This document shows positions 1-6,140 of a DNA stretch of 64,000 nucleotides, one piece after another. Location of the stretch: sequence record MH791414.1; one strand, written 5' to 3'. The position numbers and the translations under genes are program-made. Position 1 is the stretch's first letter. Every line of letters begins with the position of its first letter. The notes below the pieces were generated by a model. That model did no database searches. It saw only the letters and a program-made list of their open reading frames with translations, and was not told the DNA's origin.

Positions 1-49
1 ACTGTTTGTCAAATCGCCGAAATATAACAAATCTAAAAAGTCTAGACTA

Positions 50-763
50 ATGTTCATGGTCATCAAACGTTCTGTTTGGGATGAGATGGTCTTTGCTGGG
101 TACGAATATCAGGCTAAAGCGTGGAATAGCGATTATTACACTAAGAGTATCAAACTAATCAATAAAGCTTTTGATAAAATATCAGATATGGAAGTCCTAT
201 CAAAAGAAGAATTGGAATCAAAAGCGAATACTAAGTTTGAGAAGATGAAAAACCTACTTGAAGAAGATTTTTCGGATCTTGGTGTTGGATTGGAATATTT
301 TATTGGTAGAACTGGTTGTTTGGGTGTATACTCTGATGTTGTTAATACGTCGTATGATTGTCCATTTGATACATCAAATCAAACCGAAAATTCTGTTCGG
401 GTTGTTGCAAAAAACAGAGATTTGTTTTATGATCTAAAAGCTGTAATTTCAACAATGCAAATGTTGAACATCGAATTTTACCCACAAATGTACGGTCGTC
501 AAAGTTACAACCATGCAGATCATGCAAAGCTTATGTGTAAATTGCAGCTTGCGGGTCATAATAATGACCTTAATACTATTGGCTATATGGATTGTAATTT
601 CCGTGTTCGTGTGAAGAAAGATAAACTAGATCAGTTTTGTTCTGACAAAAATTGGAATTCAAAAGAACCGGATTTAAAGCTTGACAATGGAAAGTACGTT
701 GTGATAGAATCTAAGTACGGTGAATTGAATGATTACCGAGATGTAGAAATCGTAAGTATTTGA
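50..763 (+). CDS. hypothetical protein
   Basis: 237-aa ORF, phage-like codon usage, no recognised motif. Confidence 0.7.
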   Translation: MFMVIKRSVWDEMVFAGYEYQAKAWNSDYYTKSIKLINKAFDKISDMEVLSKEELESKANTKFEKMKNLLEEDFSDLGVGLEYFIGRTGCLGVYSDVVNTSYDCPFDTSNQTENSVRVVAKNRDLFYDLKAVISTMQMLNIEFYPQMYGRQSYNHADHAKLMCKLQLAGHNNDLNTIGYMDCNFRVRVKKDKLDQFCSDKNWNSKEPDLKLDNGKYVVIESKYGELNDYRDVEIVSI

Positions 764-796
764 GTTAAATCATGCATTTGGGGTGAAAATAGTAGC

Positions 797-804
797 CCTA
801 AATA
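797..804 (+). promoter_or_regulatory. late promoter CCTAAATA
   Basis: One of 8 identical intergenic CCTAAATA boxes; directly upstream of tRNA-Ser. Confidence 0.7.
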
Positions 805-811
805 ATATTAT

Positions 812-904
812 GGTAGGTTGGCAGAGGTGGATTATTGCAACGGTCTTGAAAACCGTCGGCGGGAGAAATCTCGTCCGTGGGTTCGAATCCCACACCTACC
901 TCCA
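812..904 (+). tRNA. tRNA-Ser(TGA)
   Basis: Cloverleaf, anticodon arm ACGGT-CTTGAAA-ACCGT, long variable arm, GTTCGAATC, encoded CCA. Confidence 0.95.
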
Positions 905-908
905 AAAT

Positions 909-1001
909 GCGCGAGTGGCGAAGTTGGTTGAAACGCATCGGACTTAAAATCCGATACTGCATAATGGCACACCGTGGGTTCGATTCCCACCTCGCGTACC
1001 A
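909..1001 (+). tRNA. tRNA-Leu(TAA)
   Basis: Anticodon arm TCGGA-CTTAAAA-TCCGA, long variable arm, CCA end. Confidence 0.95.
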
Positions 1002-1010
1002 TAATTAAAT

Positions 1011-1110
1011 GGTTCTGCCCTTACTAATTTAGAGCGAGATAAGCCCTCGCAGATGGTGATGGTAATCCGCAAGAAGACCATAAACAAAGGCTAATTGGTG
1101 AGAACCACCA
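1011..1110 (+). ncRNA. 100-nt small RNA with tRNA-like acceptor stem and ACCA end
   Basis: GGTTCT/AGAACC terminal stem then ACCA; long inner stem; GCGAG/CTCGC hairpin. Confidence 0.6.
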
Positions 1111-1161
1111 ATGGGGATCGCGACAGAATCATTTAATTATGGATTATTTTGGAATTTTATT

Positions 1162-1503
1162 ATGAATAAATTACAACGGGAAACTTATCAAAAAGACGTT
1201 TCTTTTCTTGTAAGGAAAGGTTTGACAATTCAACAAGCTTCTCTTGTTGTAAAACAAACAAAGCCTGAATATGATATGCAAGAAAATATCTATCGATATT
1301 TTAACAAAGACAACAAGGAAACTTATGTGATCCAACGTTTGGGTAAATGTTGTGGTCCATGGCTGAGTGTAAGTTGTCGAAAACTCAACAAAAAAGGTTT
1401 TATTAAGTTTGATTTTTCTGATATAATCTATGTTGAGTATATGGGTATGAAAGTCGAGGCTCATAGAGTCATTTTTGGGAATGTACCAAATGTTATCGTT
1501 TAA
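1162..1503 (+). CDS. hypothetical protein
   Basis: Track ORF 1111..1503; ATG at 1162 preferred because 1111 abuts the small RNA. Confidence 0.65.
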   Translation: MNKLQRETYQKDVSFLVRKGLTIQQASLVVKQTKPEYDMQENIYRYFNKDNKETYVIQRLGKCCGPWLSVSCRKLNKKGFIKFDFSDIIYVEYMGMKVEAHRVIFGNVPNVIV

Positions 1504-1654
1504 AGAATATATTTCTTTGGAAGAAAAAATTGAACATAGAAATGGAAAATGGTATGTTATGGATTCTACTGGTTCTAAGGAATTGGGTGAACATGACTCC
1601 AAAGAAAAAGCCGTTGCTCAACTTCAAGCCATAGAAATAAACAAACATAAATAA
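1490..1654 (+). CDS. 54-aa protein with capsid-targeting-like leader (MLSFKEYISLEE), putative internal head protein
   Basis: Translated by hand: MLSFKEYISLEEKIEHRNGKWYVMDSTGSKELGEHDSKEKAVAQLQAIEINKHK; below the track length cutoff. Confidence 0.65.
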   Translation: MLSFKEYISLEEKIEHRNGKWYVMDSTGSKELGEHDSKEKAVAQLQAIEINKHK

Positions 1655-1662
1655 TTCACTCC

Positions 1663-1670
1663 CCTAAATA
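1663..1670 (+). promoter_or_regulatory. late promoter CCTAAATA
   Basis: Intergenic, upstream of tRNA-Asn. Confidence 0.7.
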
Positions 1671-1707
1671 TTTGTGTTACAATAGAAAATATAAAATCTT
1701 CTTTGGC

Positions 1708-1784
1708 GGTTCGTTAGCTCAGTTGGTTAGAGCGCCCGCCTGTTAAGTGGAAGGTCGTGGGTTCAAGTCCCACACGAACCGCCA
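1708..1784 (+). tRNA. tRNA-Asn(GTT)
   Basis: GGTTCGT/ACGAACC acceptor, loop CTGTTAA, GCCA end. Confidence 0.93.
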
Positions 1785-1798
1785 AAGAGGATTTTAAT

Positions 1799-1939
1799 CG
1801 CTTGTTGAACGTGGGAAAATAGCAAAATCAGGGAAAGTTGTGCACGACGGAACCTTAAAGTAGCTTTCTAAGTACCTGTTGTCTGGCAGTTCACACATAC
1901 GTATATTTGTGATGGGTTCGAGACCCTAACAAGCGTCCT
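1799..1939 (+). ncRNA. about 140-nt tRNA-like RNA (T4 rnaC/species-1-like candidate)
   Basis: CGCTTGTT/AACAAGCG terminal stem, T-arm GGGTTCGAGACCC, inner helix GGAAAGTTG/TAGCTTTCT. Confidence 0.6.
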
Positions 1940-1945
1940 AATTCT

Positions 1946-2026
1946 GGAGACTTTGGTGTATGGCGCACGGTACGTTATAAACCAGCGTACAAGAAACTCC
2001 CGTTCGAATCGGTAGGGTCTCCCCTA
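1946..2026 (+). pseudogene. degenerate tRNA or tRNA mimic, anticodon undefined
   Basis: GGAGACT/GGTCTCC acceptor and GTTCGAATC T-loop, but 11-nt anticodon loop, mismatched T-stem and CCT end. Confidence 0.55.
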
Positions 2027-2047
2027 AATTCTTATAATTTAAAAGAG

Positions 2048-2374
2048 GTTGTCTATGTCGTCGCTAAACGCAAGCCGCTTGGGCGGAAAGGAAAAAATTC
2101 GGTTTATGTAAGTGGATACACCACTGATAATAAACCAGTAGTTTGTAACGTATTTTATCAATCCGAAACAAACGGAATACCGCTTGATATTCTCATCGAG
2201 ACTCTGTATAATTCGGGATATGTCATTGATTGGATTACATTCATAAATGATGCTTTAAATGTTAAGTGGAAGAAAGAAACTATATTCAAGAAGATAAAAT
2301 ACGCTTTTGACGATATAGATATCGAAAACAAAGAAAATACTCTAGATAAAATATCTACCTATCTAGACCTATGA
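2048..2374 (+). CDS. small protein with AlaRS-like ETNGIPLD motif; no in-frame ATG
   Basis: Open frame VVYVVAKRKPLGRKGKNSVYVSGYTTDNKPVVCNVFYQSETNGIPLDILIETL...; the SD-linked ATG at 2055 is out of frame. Confidence 0.55.
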   Translation, partial: VVYVVAKRKPLGRKGKNSVYVSGYTTDNKPVVCNVFYQSETNGIPLDILIETLYNSGYVIDWITFINDALNVKWKKETIFKKIKYAFDDIDIENKENTLDKISTYLDL

Positions 2375-2386
2375 GTTGTCATAGGT

Positions 2387-2459
2387 GTGACCATAGTAGT
2401 AATCGATAGCTATCCGGATTGTGACTCCGGGGGTACGGGTTTGAGTCCCGTTGGTCACC
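2387..2459 (+). tRNA. tRNA-His(GTG), CCA not encoded
   Basis: CCGGA-TTGTGAC-TCCGG anticodon arm, C73 discriminator, followed by CCT. Confidence 0.85.
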
Positions 2460-2481
2460 CCTATGACAATTTAAAACAATT

Positions 2482-2567
2482 GGGTGTGTAACCGGTAATT
2501 GGTAGCCGCACGGTCTGTAAAACCGTTCCCTCTGGGACTGATGGTTCGAGTCCATCCACACCCACCA
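2482..2567 (+). tRNA. tRNA-Tyr(GTA)
   Basis: ACGGT-CTGTAAA-ACCGT, variable arm, ACCA. Confidence 0.95.
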
Positions 2568-2568
2568 C

Positions 2569-2644
2569 GCTGAATTAGCTCATCTGGTAGAGCGACGGTC
2601 TTGTAATCCGTAGGTGGTCCGTTCGAGTCGGACATTCAGCACCA
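2569..2644 (+). tRNA. tRNA-Thr(TGT)
   Basis: GCTGAAT/ATTCAGC acceptor, loop CTTGTAA, ACCA. Confidence 0.92.
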
Positions 2645-2650
2645 ATTTCC

Positions 2651-2727
2651 GGTCCCTTAGCTCAGTTGGTTAGAGCAACCGACTCATAATCGGTGGGTCG
2701 CTGGTTCGAGTCCAGCAGGGATCACCA
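2651..2727 (+). tRNA. tRNA-Ile2/Met(CAT)
   Basis: Loop CTCATAA; body resembles enterobacterial lysidine tRNA-Ile2 as recalled. Confidence 0.9.
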
Positions 2728-2748
2728 GATTTAAAAGGAAAATAATTT

Positions 2749-2988
2749 GTGAAAATGGAATATGTCGGTGATAATAGATTGAAATCGTTTCACGTAAATT
2801 CACCGGATGAATTATTCTCATATAAGCATATTGGATTTTCGAAATGGGATCTTGAAATATTATCATCTAAGATATCAAAAATAGATGTGGTTTATTGGTC
2901 TGATACCCCACCTTGGATAAAAGAAGATAAAATATCTTGGAGTATTGACAAAGATCGTCTGGTTGATTACATTAATAAGCTGTTATGA
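2749..2988 (+). CDS. hypothetical protein within tRNA cluster
   Basis: 79-aa ORF with AAGGA SD. Confidence 0.65.
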   Translation: MKMEYVGDNRLKSFHVNSPDELFSYKHIGFSKWDLEILSSKISKIDVVYWSDTPPWIKEDKISWSIDKDRLVDYINKLL

Positions 2989-3080
2989 GTCCCACAGCTT
3001 TCAAAATTATCAAATGGGATGTTGATGCGCGTATGTAGCCGGGTTATAATGACCAAGATTCATGAAGGGTAAAAGACTAC

Positions 3081-3088
3081 CCTAAATA
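3081..3088 (+). promoter_or_regulatory. late promoter CCTAAATA
   Basis: Immediately upstream of initiator tRNA. Confidence 0.7.
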
Positions 3089-3092
3089 TCTG

Positions 3093-3166
3093 TGCGGGGT
3101 CGAGAAGTGGTGTCTCATGGGACTCATTATCCCACTACGCAGGTTCGAATCCTGCCTCCGCTTCCA
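3093..3166 (+). tRNA. tRNA-fMet(CAT)
   Basis: 1:72 mismatch and three G:C pairs in anticodon stem (TGGGA/TCCCA), which are initiator identity elements. Confidence 0.88.
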
Positions 3167-3170
3167 AATT

Positions 3171-3242
3171 CGGTGTGTAACTCAGTCGGTTAGAGGACGG
3201 GCAACTTGCCCGTTGGTCGCGGGTTCGAGTCCCGTCACACCA
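3171..3242 (+). pseudogene. tRNA mimic with collapsed anticodon loop
   Basis: Normal D- and T-arms; anticodon arm ACGGGC-AACTT-GCCCGT (6 bp stem, 5-nt loop, no U33). Confidence 0.6.
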
Positions 3243-3268
3243 AATAGTTTTATTATGAGGTTTTTATT

Positions 3269-3463
3269 ATGTCTTCAATTAAAAATATAGTTGAAAACTG
3301 GACTGTTGGTGAAGGGATCATTCATTGGAAGAATAAAACTTCTAGTTTAGTGGTTTTTGGATTTGCTCCAAACGGAGAACCTGCCTTTAAGTTCAAAGGA
3401 AAAGAAAGATTGACATCAATACGTCAGGTAGAAAAATCTATTTTATCTGCAAAATTGATTTAA
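3269..3463 (+). CDS. hypothetical protein
   Basis: 64-aa ORF, GAGG SD. Confidence 0.65.
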   Translation: MSSIKNIVENWTVGEGIIHWKNKTSSLVVFGFAPNGEPAFKFKGKERLTSIRQVEKSILSAKLI

Positions 3464-3469
3464 TAAAAT

Positions 3470-3545
3470 GCGTCGTTAGTTCAGTTGGTAGAACACCGGA
3501 CTTTTAATCCGGGGGTCACTGGTTCGAGCCCAGTACGGCGTACCA
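3470..3545 (+). tRNA. tRNA-Lys(TTT)
   Basis: CCGGA-CTTTTAA-TCCGG, ACCA. Confidence 0.95.
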
Positions 3546-3551
3546 AATTTC

Positions 3552-3628
3552 GGGGGATTAGCTCAGTTGGAATGAGCGACTGGTTTGCAACCAGTAGGTC
3601 ATCGGTTCGAGCCCGATATCCTCCACCA
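3552..3628 (+). tRNA. tRNA-Ala(TGC)
   Basis: ACTGG-TTTGCAA-CCAGT; G3:U70 identity pair. Confidence 0.95.
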
Positions 3629-3639
3629 AATAATTTCAA

Positions 3640-3714
3640 GCCTGTATGGTGTTAATGGTAACATGTCGTCCTTCCAAGTCGAAGTTCCGGGTTCGAGTCC
3701 CGATTCAGGCTCCA
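3640..3714 (+). tRNA. tRNA-Gly(TCC)
   Basis: Loop CTTCCAA, U73 discriminator, CCA. Confidence 0.9.
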
Positions 3715-3828
3715 AAAGAAATAAGGCATAGGGCTCTAGATTCCTAGTCAGTTTCTCACCCCTAGTTGCTGCATATACCCCGACTTTTCCGTGACTGGTG
3801 TAAAAAGGTTTGGGTAAACGTATTAAAT

Positions 3829-3907
3829 CCGCGTGTAGGCTAGTCAGGTCGAGGTCGTCTGGTTTGGGACCAGAAAGTCGGGTGTTCGAATCACCCCACG
3901 CGGACCA
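3829..3907 (+). tRNA. tRNA-Pro(TGG)
   Basis: TCTGG-TTTGGGA-CCAGA, ACCA. Confidence 0.93.
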
Positions 3908-4558
3908 AATTCTATAGAGTGAGTAACCGGTTGCAAACGGACTCATAAAGTCGTCAAACCTTAGTACCCTCTCCCGAAAATATCGGTGATGCGACTAAAA
4001 TGAAGGCGCAAATTGAGAATTTATTTTCACAAAGCTATTGCTTCTGGATTTAAATTCTCAGATACTCTTAATTTGAGCGGGTTACTGGTCATCCCCTCGT
4101 AAAACAATATCAAAATCTTAGTGGTTCGGTCGCGACATATGAACCAAGAGTATCTGAGAATTTAAGTTTAAAAGAACTTCCTTCGGGAATGGGGTACATA
4201 GACGGGGCGCACCCCATTGTACCGACGCTTTAAGTAGCCCGTGCGAGAGACTAAAAAGCTGACCCTACCCTCTCCCAGTAATGGTGATGGAGCTTCCTTT
4301 CCTGTAATAAGGTTCCAGTCCGTGACGGGTAAAAGGTTACATAAGGAGAATTGCTTGTGAATGACCACTGATTCAAGCCAACACATAAGCGCGTCTATCA
4401 TGACGATAAATAGGCTTAGATTCCCGTAAGGGCCTAAGCGTAAAAGTAACGAGCAAGACCGTCTTACAGGCGTAGCCCATTGGGGTGATGATGTTTGTAT
4501 GTTTGGGCTCGGGTAGCCAATGCTATTAAGTCTGGTGATGGTGCGACCAGATCTTTTC
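3908..4558 (+). ncRNA. candidate large structured ncRNA (about 650 nt, ROOL/GOLLD-like class)
   Basis: No sense ORF; perfect 20-bp helix, UUCG and GNRA tetraloop hairpins, many further stems; between tRNA-Pro and tRNA-Trp. Confidence 0.7.
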
Positions 4559-4559
4559 T

Positions 4560-4634
4560 AGGGTGTTAGTATAGCGGTATTATGCCGGATTCCAAATCCG
4601 TGCGACTGGGGTTCGAATCCTCAACACCCTGCCA
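4560..4634 (+). tRNA. tRNA-Trp(CCA)
   Basis: AGGGTGT/ACACCCT acceptor, loop TTCCAAA, GCCA. Confidence 0.92.
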
Positions 4635-4657
4635 AATTTTAATGAGATGATTATATT

Positions 4658-4876
4658 ATGAAAATTGTTCGTAAGAATGGTGATGAAATTATTTTTCATA
4701 CACAGGTTAGTAAATTCTATGGCGTTATTAAAGAAGGTGTTCTTTATGTTGGTACATCTCCGACAACTAAACCATCTGTAGAAAGTTCTGTGTTTATTAT
4801 AAATATGGATGATGTAGCTTATTTCCATGAAAGAAATGAAAACCAATTTGATTACTATTTCGCCCCTAATAAGTAA
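4658..4876 (+). CDS. hypothetical protein
   Basis: 72-aa ORF between tRNAs. Confidence 0.65.
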   Translation: MKIVRKNGDEIIFHTQVSKFYGVIKEGVLYVGTSPTTKPSVESSVFIINMDDVAYFHERNENQFDYYFAPNK

Positions 4877-4934
4877 TTTTGGATGATCTTGTTACTTTGT
4901 ACAAAGAAGCGTAAGTAACGGAAAAACCGTCTTA

Positions 4935-5010
4935 GGTGGATTAGCTCAGTAGGTAGAGCAAACGACCGATAATCGTTTGGTCGCTGGTTCAAGTCCAGCA
5001 TTCACCACCA
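4935..5010 (+). tRNA. tRNA-Ile(GAT)
   Basis: AACGA-CCGATAA-TCGTT (C at position 33), ACCA. Confidence 0.88.
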
Positions 5011-5016
5011 AATTCA

Positions 5017-5104
5017 GGAGAAGTGGATGAGCGGTTTAAATCGCTCCCCTGCTAAGGGAGTAAACCGAAAGGTTTCGAGAGTTCGAATCTCTCTTTCTCC
5101 GCCA
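5017..5104 (+). tRNA. tRNA-Ser(GCT)
   Basis: CTCCC-CTGCTAA-GGGAG, long variable arm, GCCA. Confidence 0.95.
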
Positions 5105-5110
5105 AATATA

Positions 5111-5187
5111 GAGGATGTAGTAGAGTTGGTTAATATTCCAGCCTGTCACGTTGGAGATCGCGGGTTCGAGCCCCGTCATCCTCGCCA
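5111..5187 (+). tRNA. tRNA-Asp(GTC)
   Basis: CCAGC-CTGTCAC-GTTGG, GCCA. Confidence 0.95.
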
Positions 5188-5243
5188 AATTAGGCCCATC
5201 TCAGCCTTTAATGAGACGTAGAAACTAACCAAAAGGAAATGAT

Positions 5244-5495
5244 ATGAGTCGAACAATTCGCCGTCGTAGTTTTTCAAAGGCACTTGCGGAAATCTGGGAT
5301 CATGTTGTAATTACAAGAGAACAGAAATTGAGAAAGACAAAAACATTGGATAGTGAAGCAAAGGACCGTCAAAATCAAATTCGTCGTTCAGAAACGGTTC
5401 GCCTGAAGAAAGATATCATGGAAGGAAAAGAAGTGTTTCCAGCCAATGATAAATATTCGAAGGTAAAGGTTAACTCTGGTTATCAATATTGTTGA
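5244..5495 (+). CDS. small basic protein (MSRTIRRR N-terminus)
   Basis: 83 aa, AAGGA SD, Arg/Lys rich. Confidence 0.75.
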   Translation: MSRTIRRRSFSKALAEIWDHVVITREQKLRKTKTLDSEAKDRQNQIRRSETVRLKKDIMEGKEVFPANDKYSKVKVNSGYQYC

Positions 5496-5770
5496 GGTTT
5501 TTATGTTCCGTGAGGAAGATTGGTTTTAAGTGTATAGTCCCGCATAAAACGGGACAACGGCGTCAAACTTTAACGAGCCGAGGGGAAAGGTGATCCCCTG
5601 TTAAAGTCACTAGACGAAAAGAATCCATATAGACCCCATCATATGGATCCGTTTATAGGGGATGGAATGACCCACCATTTATATAAGGGTTGGCGTCCGA
5701 CACCAAGGGCGTCTTTTTGGAAAAAGGGCATACGTTACCATTTGGCTGTGGGCGTATGCCCTTTTTCTAT
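5494..5770 (+). ncRNA. candidate structured ncRNA (about 270 nt) ending in a 14-bp hairpin
   Basis: At least six helices found by eye; no ORF longer than 8 codons seen from the SD-linked ATG. Confidence 0.55.
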
Positions 5771-5771
5771 C

Positions 5772-5779
5772 CCTAAATA
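5772..5779 (+). promoter_or_regulatory. late promoter CCTAAATA
   Basis: Intergenic copy. Confidence 0.65.
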
Positions 5780-5876
5780 TATTTGTAGAGATAATATCGA
5801 ATAGACTCACCCCAAAATATGACAGTGAAGCATTCTTGATTATCTTTTTATAATAATAAAAACGTGTATACCATTT

Positions 5877-5900
5877 GGGCTAGGGAACTAGCCCTTTATT
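5877..5900 (+). terminator. hairpin/terminator GGGCTAG-GGAA-CTAGCCC-TTTATT
   Basis: 7-bp stem, GNRA loop, T-rich tail. Confidence 0.5.
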
Positions 5901-5915
5901 GATTTGGAGATATTT

Positions 5916-6125
5916 ATGGCTAAAAGTATTCACGAAAAGTCTCATGCTAGAGAAGGTCGTGGTGGCGCTAATACCGGTAATGAAAAATGGTATAAATCGC
6001 CGTTGTGGGATAAAGTTGAAGCAAAACAAATCCCTCTGGATGCAAAACCGGATGCTCTTTTTAAAGAGAAAGAAGGTGAAGATATTAAAGAAAAGCAAAA
6101 GCGGGCCTTTATGTTTGCTTATTAA
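5916..6125 (+). CDS. hypothetical protein
   Basis: GGAG SD before ATG 5916 (track start 5904). Confidence 0.7.
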   Translation: MAKSIHEKSHAREGRGGANTGNEKWYKSPLWDKVEAKQIPLDAKPDALFKEKEGEDIKEKQKRAFMFAY

Positions 6126-6140
6126 AAAGGAAAATAAGAT

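Noticed and set aside
2989-3080. Spacer with TCCCA/TGGGA and GGGT/ACCC stems
   Set aside because: Short stems expected by chance; no consistent fold
3715-3828. Spacer after tRNA-Gly as an HDV-like tRNA-associated ribozyme
   Set aside because: Could not build the nested P1-P2-P3 pseudoknot; only a weak TACCC/GGGTA stem
3908-4558. Group I intron, tmRNA or RNase P identity for the long ncRNA
   Set aside because: No recognisable P/Q/R/S core, no tmRNA ends or tag ORF, no GAGGAAAGUCC; it does not interrupt a gene
4877-4932. GTTACT/AGTAAC and ACGG/CCGT hairpins before tRNA-Ile
   Set aside because: Too short to call a separate RNA; may be a processing spacer
4935-5010. C instead of U at position 33 in tRNA-Ile(GAT); U discriminator in tRNA-fMet
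   Set aside because: Single-base deviations are common in phage tRNAs; not enough to call pseudogenes or a system
342-5221. Track ORFs on the - strand or overlapping tRNAs (e.g. 2379..2561, 2684..2866, 3599..3946, 4168..4401, 4580..4846, 5027..5221)
   Set aside because: They are antisense to, or run across, clear tRNAs or the structured RNA and lack SD sequences; shadow ORFs
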